DNA from: Caecitellus pseudoparvulus
Lineage: Eukaryota > Protista > Bigyra: Bicosoecida
NCBI GenBank assembly: GCA_965644315.1
Contig: CBFFRQ010000031.1
Coordinates: 186,001-250,000, forward strand
Direction: 5' to 3'
DNA length: 64,000 nt
Made by a program: the position numbers and the translations under genes
Part shown: one piece after another, positions 1 through 12,310 of the stretch
Layout of the letters: every line of letters begins with the position of its first letter
How positions within the stretch are numbered: position 1 is the stretch's first letter
The notes under the pieces: model-generated
The model's input: the letters and a program-made list of their open reading frames with translations, nothing else
The model's database searches: none
What the model was told of the DNA's origin: nothing

Positions 1-37
1 GCACGCACGGCATGCGCACTGCACCCCCGCAACAACG

Positions 38-915
38 TCACATGAAATCCTCCTCCCAGTCCTCAGCAGCAGCTTGGTCCACAGTGGGCACACTGGTGAG
101 GGTGCCGCCGCCACCCGCCGCCGCAGCAGCCTGTATCTCGTCCCCGAACAAGTCCTCGTCTAGTTCCGCGCCGCGCCCCCCCCCGGGAGCCTGCGCGAAG
201 AGGCTCTTGTACGACCGCAGGTCAGCCTGGGCCGCCATGTCCTTGCGCGCCTGGGCTGCCGCAGCTGCCTCCTCCTGCCGCTCAGCCTTGAGTTTCTTGC
301 GCTCCACCGCATCCCGTGCCCGCCGCTGGCCTTCCAGATCCGGCTCCTCCACCCACGTCTTGGTCTTGGCCAGGGCGCGCAGGATGTCCTTGTCCCGGGA
401 CACGGTGCGGTACTGCTTCTGGGAGGGCTTGTGGAAACCCACCTGCCCCACCTCCATGCTCTTTGTCTTGCGCAGGTTGGCCCACGGCGTGTACACGATC
501 TTCACGTTCTTGATCTTGCTGCCTTTGATGCTGTTGGCCTTCACCAGCTGGCAACACTCTTCCAGGGCGTCTTCTGAAATGTCAGTCCAGTCAGTGCCCT
601 TGGGCAGGCGCAGGTACACGTGTGCAGAACTCATGTCGTCCACGTGAAACCACACATCTGCAGGCCTCACAAGCAGCGCACGCATCGTGAAGGAAAGAGT
701 GGGCACCAGGCTTCACCGTGGCTCACACACCTTCAGGCCAGCCCCACTTGATGAGGAGCTCGTTCTCATGCTTGTCCTTCCCCATGTACACCATCGTACC
801 ATCTACAACGCGTGCAAACCGCGCAGCGTGCTGGGCGTGAACGCAGGCGAAACGCTGGCGCCTGGGCCTGTCAGCGAACGCCAGACGCACCTGAAGTTGT
901 GAAGTAAAACACCAT
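38..915 (-). CDS. CCDC25: CCDC25/Jlp2-like NFACT-R (DUF814) RNA-binding protein, 3 exons (915-891, 802-731, 657-38)
   Basis: Splicing GT-AG introns 890-803 and 730-658 gives [50 protein letters not shown]...CCQLVKANSIKG...IVYTPWANLRKT, plus a C-terminal EEDFM; these are the CCDC25 family signatures. Confidence 0.93.
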
Positions 916-1193
916 CGTGTGTATGGCTGTGTGAAGAGCTTCTGGGTGCGGTGGGAATCACTGCAGCTGAATGCCCAGCGAGTTACCGGTGCGTGACGAG
1001 GACAGAAAGTTGCAAGCCAGAAGTCTGCGACGCTGGCACACGCCAGTCCCTCACGTGCGCACAACTGGTCACGTGGAGTGCTCCCACGAACAGCATGCGA
1101 GATTTGATGTTGGGTGGTGTGGATGTAAATTGCTGCACGTTCTGTGCGACTAGGAAGCGCGTGGGGGGGGGGGCAGCGCTGGCTCACCTCCCC

Positions 1194-2773
1194 TCACAAG
1201 ATGCTCTGCACGAGGTCCGCCACTGAGACGCCCCCCGCGCCATCTTGGCAGTGCGACGCCACCAGCTCTTTCAAGGACTCTTCAGACAGCTCTCCTACCT
1301 CCCTTGCCGCAGCTTGCGCAGCCTCATGCCCCGCATACAGCCGGACCTGCCACAAGGCAGCTGCCTGGCCCTGCACGGCCCACGCCTGGCACGCCAAGCA
1401 CACCACGGGCGGCGGCGGGGGCAGCGACACCTCCTGTGCCGTCGCCAGCAGGCTGGGGTGCATGTCCCCCCCTGCTTCCGCCTGCACGAGCTGCACCAGA
1501 GCCTTGGCCAAGCGCAGGTGGGCCAGGGACACCCCCCCATCCACAGTGGCCCCACTTCGCTGGGCAGGGCAGTGCGTCGCCCAGGAGGGAGCGGACGCGC
1601 CCACCTCCAGGCGGCACACTGCCAGGACTGGCCACAACAACTGCCCTGCCTCTGACGCAGTGTCCTGGCCCAGGGTGCGGGCATACTCCTCCTCCGCTCG
1701 CACCACCGCCTGCCGCCCACCCCGTACACCCACCGCCAGCGCGGACTCCAGGACGTTGTCCCCAGCAAGCATGGCTGCCACGCAGCGCAGGGCGCTGTGC
1801 ACAGCCTCAGGGCTGGCCATGCAGCCAGGGCGCCAGGAGCTTGTGCCTGGTGCCTGAGGTGGCAGGGGCAAGGCAGGCAGCAGGAAGAGGCCTGCGCCAC
1901 CTGGTGCGGGGCCTGAGGATGTGCCGTCTGTCCTGTGCACGTGCTGGTGCACGGGCATGCGCTGGCGGCGGGCTTGGTGCCTGTCCTCTTCATGCTGCAT
2001 GCCGAGGGGCAGCAGCAACGGGTGCTTCAGCGCTGCACCTGGGTCCGGCAGGAATGGGTCTAGCGGCACGCCACTGCCAGCTGAATCGGCTGCCCGGCTC
2101 TGTAGTCGCAGTGCAGTCGCGGTGCGCAGCTCCGGCGTCGCCACGGCGGTGCTGTGCATGCCCGGGCGCCAGGGCAGCTGCAGCAGGCGGCTGTGCCGCT
2201 CAGCAGCGTGGCCGTCCACTCCTTCGTCGTGCATGAGAGTGAGCAGCTCCCGAATATCAGCCTTGCTCATCATTGCGTGCCCCTGTCCCAGCTTGGCAGC
2301 GCCGGCTGCCCACTCCTGCGCCCCCTGTGTTGCACGCTCGTGTGCAGCAGCTGCAGCTCGTAAGTCTGCTGCGGCGGATCGCAACTCCGCTGCACTGCTG
2401 CGTCTATGGGCCAGGAACGCAATGTCCTTGGATGCTGTAGACTCGCCTGGATCGTTTACAGCGGATATCTGGGCGCAGAGCGGCGTGGTTGCTTGCAGGG
2501 CCACGTGCGAGTGTTGCTGGCCTTGGGCCTGAAACGAACCTGAAACGCTGTGGTGCCGGCGCTCGGCTTGGGTTGAGCGGTGAGTTCCAGCAGGTGGCTC
2601 AGCAGCTGCACCTCTCGAAAGGCAGTGTGGATGCTCGCAGCTGCCTGCTGCAGGCCATGCTCGCCCGTCGCTTGGTCAGCCTCCGTGGGCTTGCCTTCTT
2701 CCTCTGCCGTGGCAGCGGCGGCGAGCTGCAGGAAGTGCAGGCCCCCTGCCACTTGATGCCTGGATGGCTCCAT
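1194..2773 (-). CDS. Hypothetical protein, possibly a divergent Mediator subunit MED17-like; 2 exons (2773-2540, 2468-1194)
   Basis: ORFs 2456..2773 and 1194..2504 join in frame through a 71-nt GTTCGT...CAG intron. The N-terminal helices (SIHTAFREVQLLSHLLEL...AELRSAAADLRAAAAAHERA) loosely resemble the MED17 N-terminus. The assignment is weak. Confidence 0.45.
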
Positions 2774-2991
2774 GCTGGTGCTGCTCGTCTCTTGACTAGC
2801 TGCGGCTTGGATTCATGCACGCACCGTGCCCAGAGCATGGTGCTCATGTTTTTGCCGCCGGGCTCGTCTGCTTGCCGGTGCCGGCAGTCTGCCGCACAGA
2901 GGGCCCCAACAACACAAACCACCCCAGCCCACGCAAAGCAACGTACTGACAACCCACCCACCTGCCAAGCACCATCCCTCGCTCGTCAACC

Positions 2992-4212
2992 ATGCGTGGG
3001 CAGGTGCTGTCAGCGCTGCTGGTGGGGGCGCTGCTCCAGGTCCACTCCGCACGCGGGCAGGAGGGTGCACCTGCCAGCTCGCTGTGCACATGGACACACC
3101 CAGGCTCGGGCGCCAAGTTCGACCTGTCACAGCTGAACGTGCCACAACTCAGCTCTGTCGGGTACAGGGTGCAAGACGGGCGGGACAACTCCAACTCGGC
3201 GAACTGTACGTGAGCCAGGCGCGACGCCCTGCTCCTTTCGCAGCGGGCCACAGCCCTGCCCTGCTCCCCAGACACGTACTTGTTCAACGTGTGTGCGGAC
3301 TTGGACATGTCCTTCTACGACCCGCCCAACCGCCGCCAGTGCAACAACACGTTTGGCTACGGCAACGTGCCAAACACTGAGCTCGTGAGTGCTGCACTGC
3401 ACCAGGGCTGCCCCAGGAAGCTGACGAGCAGCCCGCCTCGCCCTCCCACAGGCGGGGCTGCCGACGCCGGCAGTGCAAATCAACACAGGGGACTCGCCCA
3501 CCAGCAACTTCTACTGCCACAAACTTGGTGCCCCAGTCAGCGCCAACACTTCACAGTACAGCTTGCTCAGTGCGTGACGCTGCGCCGCAGCAGCACATGT
3601 GCCGAGGCGAGTCCGCCCCCGCTCCAAGCTCACCCTGCCCCCCCTCCGTCCACAGGAGAGCACAACCCGTCACGGGGAGTGCGCTTGACGTACTCTGGGG
3701 GTGACGACTGCGGCCCTGGCATCGGCAAGCGCAGCTTCACCATCGCCATCCAGTGCGCCGATGACGCCGGCAACCTGCCTGACACGACAGAGGTGGTGGA
3801 AGAGACGTCCACCTGCCAGTACGAAATGATCTTCCGCTCCGCCTACGGCTGCCCCGTGCAGTGCCCTGTCGTGGGCGCCGCAGGGCAGAGCCGCCTGTGC
3901 AACGGCCAGGGTGTCTGTGACTTCGACGCACAGGCGCAGCAGCCCAAGTGCTTCTGCAACGAGGGCTGGCACGGGCCTGGCTGCGAGACGCAGGAGGTGC
4001 CGGAGAAGAAGCCCCTCGTGTCCCCCGTCGGCGTCGTGCTCATCGTCGTCTGCATTGTCCTCGTCTTCGCAGGCGTCTTGCTGTGGATGCTGTGGAGCAA
4101 GGTGTCTTCCCTGCGCCTGGACATGTCCGCCTACAAGTCGCTCGCAGCGGAGGACGCGCTGCACGCAGCCGCGCCTGTGCCCACCTCCGATGCCGCACAG
4201 CCTGAGGATTGA
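2992..4212 (+). CDS. Type I membrane protein: signal peptide, MRH (mannose-6-phosphate receptor homology/ATG27-like) domain, EGF-like domain, TM, short tail; 4 exons
   Basis: Signal peptide MRGQVLSALLVGALLQ. MRH motifs FDLSQL, YLFNVC, GVRLTYSGGDDC, RSFTIAIQC, CQYEMIFRSAYGCP. EGF CNGQGVC...CFCNEGWHGPGC. TM VGVVLIVVCIVLVFAGVLLWML. Tail motif YKSL. Three short introns (GTACGT, GTGAGT, GTGCGT donors). Confidence 0.8.
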
Positions 4213-4238
4213 ACACGGCTCGTGCGTGGGTGCGTGTG

Positions 4239-4723
4239 TCACTTCTTGCCCTCGGCAGCACTGCCCAAGTGCAGGCTGGGCGCCTCCACGCCTGCCTCGC
4301 TGTCCTCGTCACTGCTGTCGCTGCTGCTGCCGCTGTCCCCGGAGTCGCTGTCGTCACTCTCGTTGCCGTCCCCCAGAATGCGGGAAAATGCAGACAGGTA
4401 GCGCTGGGCCAGGGAGTTGTCTGGCTCCACGCGGAGCACTGTGAGGCGGCCAGGCCACTGCCATGGAGCTTCGCAAGCACGAGGCAGCACGCCTGAGACG
4501 CACCTTGCTTGCACAAAATACTGCCTTGCATCGCTTTCACCTCTGGATCCAGTCCGCTGCTCGTGACTCGCAGCAGCTGCAGCTTGAGAAGGCGTTGCGT
4601 GCGGGAGGCAGCGTGAGTTACGCGTGAAACGGCAGCACGTACATCTTGCAAGAGCTCAGTCACTGGACGCTCTGCCGGGGCACCCGCTCCCACAGCACAC
4701 TCCTTTCCTTCTGATGCTGCCAT
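4239..4723 (-). CDS. ERICH2-like small protein with acidic tail, 3 exons
   Basis: Spliced product ...TELLQDLLRV...ILCKQVLRVEPDNSLAQRYLSAFSRILGDGNESDDSDS resembles the ERICH2 core (L-C-x-x-I-L-x-x-E-P-x-N) followed by an acidic tail. Donors GTACGT and GTGCGT. Confidence 0.55.
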
Positions 4724-5001
4724 TTCAAGGCTCGCCTGTGCGTTTCCTTTCTGAGAACGGGTACTTTGGCAACGTCTGCAAACCAGCCCCCTCCCTTGCC
4801 AGGCGGGCCGTGTGCCGAGGTGTGCCACTATTCCTTCACCACCACGGCAGACAACCACGCACCAACTGATGTGAGTTGCGGATGGTGTTGATTTAAAAAC
4901 GCCCACCTGTGCAGCAGGGAGACCCCTCCCCATTGGAGACCTCCGCGCGACGGGCCTCCCTTGCGGAAATCGACTGGTAGCCTAGCCAAATCGCTTGCAG
5001 G

Positions 5002-5854
5002 ATGGCAGCTGCAGCTCAGAGCACCCGGGAAGCACAGCATTCGGATGAGGACGACGATGAGGATTTCGTTGATGACTTGATTCAGGAGGTGAGCCCTGCT
5101 CGCGGCTAGCAGGCCCGGCATGCCTCACTTGGTGCTTCAAACCAACCACGCGCAGGGCCTGGAGGGGGCAGGACACGAGACTCCCGCTGCACCACCGCGT
5201 GGACAGAAGCGTCAACGAGGTGATGGCGATGTGAGCACCCCCCTGCCTCCTCCCGCGCGCGACTTTCGAGCGAAACGGCGACCAGGCGTGAGCGGGCCGG
5301 AGCAGGATGACCCCGCCTGGACTCCGCTTTCCACCGGCAAGTGCATTGCCCACAAGCTGCAGGAGCCAAATGAGGAGGCCCTCGTCAAGGCCACTCGCCT
5401 ACTGGGCGTGGCGGCTGCCTGGGAACTCCTGCAGGAGACTGAACGTGTGCAGGCCGGTGGCGGCCTGCTCCTGCCCAGCGGCAACCGTCGGCGCTCGAGA
5501 GGGGGCGTGTTCTTCCACCTGCTCAAGGGCCGCCTGGACAAGCAGCAGCTCACGTGGGTGTTCGCCCACAACAAGGACCTGTTCAAGGAGAAGACGCGCG
5601 CCAAGAACAGGCGCCGGAATGCCCGGCGCAGGGAGGCTGCAGCCGCCCAACCCACCGCCCCGCCGCAGCCTGCCTCGGCGGCAGCGTATTCTCCCCCCAG
5701 CACGCCTGCCGCAGCCATGCCTGCGTGGATGGCCCCCAGTGGCCGTGCCGGGGGTGCGCCAGAGCCCAGCCAGGCTCCTCCGCCCCAAGTGGACGTCCTG
5801 GCCCAGGCACAGAGCAGCATCGCTGAGCTAGACGCGCTCCTCGCTGAGATGTGA
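5002..5854 (+). CDS. PHAX: PHAX RNA-binding domain protein (U snRNA export adaptor-like), 2 exons (5002-5088, 5156-5854)
   Basis: IAHKLQEPN...ELLQETERVQAGGGLLLPSGNRRRSRGGVFFHLLK matches the PHAX RBD (GG...G-x-RRR-T/S-x-GGVF-x-x-L-x-K). An acidic N-terminal exon joins in frame through a 67-nt intron. Confidence 0.8.
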
Positions 5855-5857
5855 GGG

Positions 5858-6632
5858 TCACTCGGCGGAGTCAGGCTGGGGCGGGGCGGCGGGCGGCGGC
5901 GGCTGGCGCAGGAAGAACACCTGCCCCAGGATGGCGCTGTCGGTGAGCAGCTGCACTGTGGCGCAGGCCATGAACTGCCAGGGGGCGCCGGAGGTCAGGT
6001 ACGTGCCCATCTTCACGAAGTCCCCCACGACCCAGCTGGCCACCAGCATGGCGCTGAGGCCTGCCGTGCTGCCCCGCTGCGCGTTCTGCACGAGCTGGGG
6101 CAGCGTCATGCTGGCTTCGATGCCCAGCGCTGCAGTGCCCACGCCCTGCACGACCAGGGGGGAGTCCCGTCCCAGCGCAGCCACTGCGCCGCACACCGCT
6201 ACGATGCTGAGCCAGGCGTACACGTAGGAGGGGAAGGTGCTCCAGGCCCACCAGTGCGTGAAGGGGGAGGTGATGTCGAAGTGCCTGTGGGGCTTGGGGT
6301 GCTGCGTGTGCGTGATGCACAGCTGCAGCAGCGCGCCCTGGCCAATGATGACCACGATGGACTGGACCAGCAGCACCACATCGAAGGGCTCCAACAGGTA
6401 GAAAATGATGCGGATGCTGTTTGCGATGATGAGGATGCCGCTCACGGCAGAGCTGAAGCCAGAGGCATCTTTTGTTTTGGAAATCTCAGCATACTGCGGG
6501 TAGTACGCTGCGCAGGGGGGCAGGCACGGGACGGGTGGCGCCGTGCGGAAATTGCACGCTGGCAAGGCAGCCCTCACGCAGCACAGAGCCCAGCACAAAG
6601 ACGGCTTTGAAGAGCAGGCCGACGATGTCCAT
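5858..6632 (-). CDS. PQLC1: PQ-loop repeat membrane protein (PQLC1/SLC66A2-like), 2 exons
   Basis: Two PQ motifs (PYYPQY...SGFS...ILIIANSIRI and IEASMTLPQLVQN...STAGLS...WVVGDFVK), multiple TMs. Exon 1 MDIVGLLFKAVFVLGSVL is joined through a GTGAGG...CAG intron. Confidence 0.85.
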
Positions 6633-6779
6633 GGCTGCGCAAAGTGGGACAATGCATGCATTCGCCAGCTTCAACAGGCTGTGCCCAGGGGTCCTGCAGG
6701 TCGGCAGGGCAGCAGGATTTGCCAGCGGCTGGCCAGTGCACGTGCTGCCTGCCACCCCCGTCTGCCTGCTGCGCCCCCA

Positions 6780-9181
6780 TCATGCAACGTAGTGGTACGT
6801 GTTCACGTCGTCGTCATCACGTTCGATGTAGTCTGCATCCAGCATGTACTCGATGCGGCGCTTGATGAGCTTGGGGTTGGGCTGGAAGAGGGACAGCGCT
6901 GACAGCACCTCGGCAAAGAGAGCCTGGTGCGTCAGCGTCTGGCGGCTCTTCATGATGCGCACGATGGCGGCGTCGATGGCGACCCGCCGGTCCTCCTGCA
7001 CGCGCTTGACGCTGCCGGTGTCTTCCAGCGATGCCATGGGCACCCGGATCTTGCGGGCGGACGCCTGGAACGACCCATTCACTGCGAAGGTGTCTGCAGC
7101 GCCGATGGTGCGCCCCGGCGGCGTCTTGTTCAGCACCTTGTACTTTCCACAGGACAGGGAGTGCAGCACGCGCTTGACGACGTCCTCGCTGCAGCCCAGG
7201 GCAGAGATAACATCCTTCAGGCTCAGCGCTGCGCCGGCAGGCACTTCGTTGAAGAAGAGCAGGGTGGCAGCCTGCAAGGTGGTGACGGTGAAGTCGTACG
7301 GCACGGCAAAGTTGCCCTTCACCACGGCAGTGCCCTGGGCAGCCACCCACTGCAGGCGCCGCACAGTGGTGGTGCTGCTGTAGTACCGCTCGTACATGTT
7401 CTGCCATGCCAGCATGGGCGGCGGCAGGGACAGGGGGATGTGCTTGCTGGCGGGCCACCACCCCGTCGTCAGCACGTGCGCTGCGAAGTCGTACTTGGGC
7501 AGGGCCAGGACCTGGGCGTCGCCCTCCTCTCGCCGTGCCGCTACCCACGAGTCGAAGGCCTTGAAGCTCTCCTGCCCCTGCTCCAGGTCCTTCAGCATGC
7601 CCTCCAGCTTGGACGTGTACTGCGCCCCGCACGCCAGCTTCAGCTTGCTCACCATGCTCTTCTCCGCCTCCCGCGATGCAGAGCGCCCAGACAGCAGGCG
7701 CTTGGACAGCGCCTGCCGGTAGCTCTCCCCGAACATGTCCTTGTCCACGATGTACGTGAAGAGCCCCAGCACCCGCTGCAGCTCCTTCTCCGTCGCGTCG
7801 TCGCTGAGGCGCTCGCCGCCGGCCCGCAGCAGGCGGTCTGCGTACGCGGCGATGGCCACGGTGTTGCTGGTCTTGCAGGCGACGTCCTTGTTCACGAACA
7901 CTTCAAAGGCGTCCTTGAGCGCCTTCTGGAACAGACTGTGCCCCCCGAACACGCCCGTGATGAGGGTCTTGCTGGTGTGCAGGAGGTCCAGCAGGTCCTT
8001 CACGAACTGCACGTCGGCCGCGGCAGCAGCGGCACCCTTGGGCTTGGCTGCTCCTGGCACGACCTTGGTCGCGTCCTCCCGGGTGGCCACCATGGCCAGG
8101 CCTGCGCGCTGGATGTGCTCCCGCACCGCCCGGGCCAGGGGGATGAGCCCGCCGTTCACACGGGAGAACAGGCGGTACATGCGGGCGAGGTCCTGCTGGG
8201 CACTGCGCTCCAGCATGGTGCTGACGCCGGTGGGGCTGCCCAGCAGGTCTGCCTGGTGAGCCTGCAGCAGCACCTCCTCCAGCACCCCCAGCAGGCGCCC
8301 CTCCGTGCTCTCGTGCAGGTAGTGCTGGACACGGATGGCCTCTGCCGTCAGCGCCGCCTCAGCCCGCTGCAAGTAGGAGGGCACGTCCAGGGATGTCAGC
8401 CACTGCGCCGCAGCAGCGGAGAAGTACGTCCGCGTGCTCTGCAGCAGGGGGGCCTCCAGGTCCTTGTGGTACACGTCCAGGCGCCCCATGCCCATGGCCA
8501 CGAAGACTTCCGAGCAGCTCTTCAGGAGGGCCCGGTCCACCACTTCCCCGTCCCGCTCCAGGTCCACCTTGTCCAGCATGTGCTGTGTGATGTGGCTCCT
8601 GACGGGCGTGAAGACGACGCTCTTGAAGGCCGCCAGCCCTGAATCCCGCAAGGAGGGAAGGCTATGGTGCTCAATGTAGTACCGGTCCTGCAAGAGCGTG
8701 GAAGGAGGCGTGTGCCGTGCGGAGAAGGCCCCCGCACATGCCGGTGCCCAGCGGCAAAGAAACGTCACGCACCAGGTACTGGAAGACGCGGTGCATCCAC
8801 TTGTTCATGACCTTGTGGTGCCGCCACCGGCGCACGAACTCTGTCAGTTGTGCCTCACCACGCTTGCCTTGCACTGCTGGCAGCACGTGCGTCTCCAGGT
8901 GCTTGCGAAATGCCTGCGGAGGGGAGGGAGCACAAGGCGTGGTGCACCTGCCACACCAACTGCCGCAGCGGTCACATGCCCACCTTTCCGTGCTCCTGGT
9001 ACAGCTCGGCAGAGTAGTTGTGCGGGGGTCTCTGGGTGCACATGCGGTACACCAGGGTGTACTGCTGCATGTTGTCCGCGCGCGTGAAGGCCTTCCCAGC
9101 GAAGTCTGCATTCATCAGCGTGGACATGCGCTCCACCTGGGAGCGCAGGCCCGCCAGGCCCTCCTCCAACGTCACAGTCAT
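6780..9181 (-). CDS. CUL1: Cullin-1 (plant/protist type), 3 exons
   Basis: YTLVYRMCTQRPPHNYSAELY, VFQYL|DRYY, DKDMFGESYRQALSKRLL, YTSKLEGMLKDL, VLTTGWWP, and the neddylation motif IDAAIVRIMKSR...IKRRIEYM...YHYVA. Confidence 0.95.
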
Positions 9182-9499
9182 GCTAGCCGACGCACTGTGC
9201 ACAGGCCAAGTGAAGTGTATGGGGAGGCTGCGGAGCCCACTCGCTGGCAACACCTTGGGGAATCGGGTGGGCTGGGTTTTGCCGTGGGGCGGCCAGCCGC
9301 CGGCGAGTGTCCACGCCACGCGGCGCGCTGGACCGGTTGTCGCAACTCAAAACAAACGCCAAAACGAACCCCCCAAGTAAACGTGGACTGCGAGTTTGCT
9401 CCCGCTATCGCATTCGCCTCCTTCCCTCCCTTTCTCAGCATACACGCTGCCTTTGTGCGCTTGCCGCGTTTCCTACACGTTTCGTCGCCTCCCTTCGTC

Positions 9500-9859
9500 A
9501 TGGTCTGCGTTGTTTGCCTCATTCCATACCTGCCTGTAAGGTGGCCGGTGAACTCGCAGGCCTATATTAGGGTTATCCTCACCTTTCCCTGCATTCCCTG
9601 GTCCCAGGTGGCACTTCTCGCCCTCGTGCAAGCTTGGAACTGGGCCGTGTCGCAGTGCACCAAGCCAGAGGACGCTCCCAAGGCACAGGTGGACGTGAAG
9701 ATGAAGGACATCTGCCCAGAGTGTGTCGATGGCCAGTGCCCTCTGCCTTCAAAGGCTGACCGCGCGGCAGCCAAAGCAGAGGGCGAGGACGAGGCCAGTG
9801 TGAGGCAACGCAAGCCCAGTGGCTCAGCTGACCCGACAGCTGCCGCCACGGACCAGTAG
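9500..9859 (+). CDS. UPF0729/C18orf32-like small membrane protein, 2 exons (9500-9535, 9608-9859)
   Basis: N-terminus MVCVVCLIPYLP|VALLALVQ matches the MVC-x-x-C-hydrophobic start of C18orf32/DUF4512. 72-nt GTAAGG...CAG intron. Confidence 0.65.
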   Translation: MVCVVCLIPYLPVRWPVNSQAYIRVILTFPCIPWSQVALLALVQAWNWAVSQCTKPEDAPKAQVDVKMKDICPECVDGQCPLPSKADRAAAKAEGEDEASVRQRKPSGSADPTAAATDQ

Positions 9860-9916
9860 GCGGCCAAGCCAGCGTGCCGCAGCAGCGCGCCTTGCCCCGC
9901 CAAGCAAATGCAATGT

Positions 9917-12143
9917 TCACCGCTCAGACCACTTGAAGCCGTACTCAGCCATCTGCGCCTCAGATGGAGGTGCAGGCGCCCCCGACATGAGATCCCGTCC
10001 GCCCGTGGACTTGGGGAAGGCGATGACGTCCCGAATGCTGTCACTGCCCAGCAGCACTGCCAGCGTGCGGTCCAGCCCCAGTGCAACGCCGCCATGGGGG
10101 GGTGTCCCGTGCTCCAGTGCCTGCAGCAGGTGCTCGAAACCCCGCACGTGGTGATCTGGCAGTCCTAGTAGGTGCACCAGCACGCCCTCTTGCACGCTGC
10201 GCTGGTGCAGGCGCAAGCTGCCCCCACCCAGCTCTGCCCCATTCACCACCAAGTCGTAGGCGGCAGAGGTCAGGTCCAGTGCCGCCAGGCGCCCGCCCAG
10301 CACATCCCCACGCTGCACCTGCTCCAGCACAGCCTGCAGGGCAGCATGGTCGGCTGGTGCCGTGAAGGGGTGATGCGTGGCTTTCAACGACACTCCGCCC
10401 TCGCCGCCGGCTGCGTCCCTGTACACAGCAGCAGCATCTTCATCACTCGCTGCCAACTCGAACATGGGGAAGTCTGTGACGAAGTAAGCGTCCATGCCCG
10501 CGTCAGGGGGCACGGGGCACAGCGCACTCGCCAGCACCTCCCGGACCTTGCCCAGCAGGCGGGGTCCATGCTCCCCCCAGCCTGCTGCAAACACCAGCAA
10601 ATCACCCTCCTGCACGCCACCAACCATATCAGCCACCTGCTGCTGCTGCGCAAGCGTCAAGATCTTCGCGACGCCTGAGCCAGTCCACGGCTCGGCTGGG
10701 TCCACCACTCGGGCTGGCACGAGCAGGGGCGAGTTGCCGGCAGCCACAGCCAGCCCCTGTGTGTTGCTGCCCAAGGAGGCAGCAGAGGCAGAGACGCCCT
10801 GCAGCAGGGTGTCCAGAGCCTTGCGGCTGAGTTGCCTGCCGCCACCTGGCACGTGCAGCACCCGCACACTGCTGTGGTGAGGGGAGAGGCCGCTCTGTCC
10901 ACGCCACCCACCCAGAGCGTGCGCCCAGGGCTTGAAGCCTGCAGACGCCGGCTCAGCTGCAAAGACGCTCGTCACGTCACTGATGTGGTAGGGTACACGG
11001 CGATCTGGCCGGTCTGAGCCGAATCGCGCCATGACGTCACTGTACGCCAGGCGGGGCAGAGGAGCAGCGGGTGGAGGGTGGAGCAAGAGGGCAGGCACAG
11101 GGTGTACGTGCTGCAGGCGTTGCGCGGCGCCCACGGCGGCCGACAGCGCCGTGCGGAACAAGCACTCGATGCGGTGCAGCATGCCAGGCAAGTCCACCCA
11201 GCTCAACTCCAAGTCCAGCTGCGTGAACTCGGGTTGGCGGTCGGAACGCCCACCCTCGTCCCGGTAGCACCGCGCCACCTGGAAGTACCGCTGCATGCCG
11301 CCCGCCATGAGCAGCTGCTTGTGTTGCTGTGGCGACTGCGTCAGGGCGTACACGGTGCCGTGGCTGCGCGAAGGCACCAGGAACTCCCTGGCCCCCTCTG
11401 GCGTGCTGCGGAACAGTGTTGGCGTCTCCACCTCCACAAAGTCGTCATCGTGCAAGGCGCAGCGGAGCGCGTGCACAACTGCCGACCGCACACGGAGGTT
11501 GCGCTGTAGCAGGGCTCCACGTAGGTCCAGGTGCCGGTGTGTCAGGCGGGCTGCTTCGCTGCCCCGGGCGTCTGGGTTGGCTGCCGCCTCGGTGGCGGAG
11601 CAGACTTGGATGGGCAGGGGGGATGCCAGCCCGTCCACTGAAATCGCAGACACCTCCAACTCCACCTCCCCTGTCGGCTGGTTCGCGTTGGCTTGGCCGT
11701 CAGGGCGTGCTGCCACGCGCCCCTGCACTGTGACTGCGCTTTCCAGGGTGACGCTGGACAGCTTGGCAGCCAAGCCAGGCTCCGCCTTGCTCGTGTCCAG
11801 AGTCAGCTGAACGATGCCCGATGCATCTCGCAGCACCACGAAAACAAGGGGGCCAAAGTTTCGGATGTGCTGTGCGGGAGAAGCATTCAAACTTGCGCGA
11901 ACACGACCAGCAGGCATGGCTGCTTGCTGGCGTTTCACGCACCTGCACCCACCCCTGGCATGAAACGCGACGCCCGACATCCGACGCACGAAAGGCACCA
12001 CAGGGCGCCACGACGGGGACTTGCGCGAGACATCGCTTGAGTGTGGACAAGCCCAAACCTTGCCTTGGCTGGAGCGCCGCTCGGCAGGCCTGCTGCGCCG
12101 CCCGGAGCGATGCTCCCTGACTGGCCCGTGACAGGCGCAGCAT
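9917..12143 (-). CDS. DARS2: Mitochondrial (bacterial-type) aspartyl-tRNA synthetase, 2 exons (intron 11942-11870)
   Basis: Arg-rich targeting peptide MLRLSRASQ. OB-fold GWVQ|HIRNFGPLVFVVLRD. FVEVETPTLFRSTPEGAREFLVPSR, QSPQQHKQLLM, YFQVARCYRDE, DRQPEFTQLDLE, HHPFT, ELGGGSLR, PPHGGVALGLDR, IRDVIAFPK. Confidence 0.96.
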
Positions 12144-12310
12144 CACTTGCGCACACACTCGACGGCAGCCCACAAAACGCAACCCGTGAAGTAAGAGTCA
12201 CGCAATCCCCCAAGGGCTCGTCCGCACATTCTGCAGTTCTGAAAGTGTGCAGGTCCTCTCTCCGGGCATCGCCTCCCTGTCAGCTCAGGCCACTAGCCAC
12301 GTGAGCCAAC

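Noticed and set aside
2529-2539. Apparent 11-nt GT-AG micro-intron (GTTCGTTTCAG on the - strand) that would also restore the frame
   Set aside because: A normal 71-nt intron from the same donor to the CAG at 2469 restores the same frame and fits the size of other introns.
6927-8642. Long antisense ORFs opposite conserved genes (e.g. 6927..8642, 38773..40089, 56261..57553, 58377..59705)
   Set aside because: Expected in high-GC coding DNA with strong third-position bias. They carry no recognisable motifs and mirror real genes.
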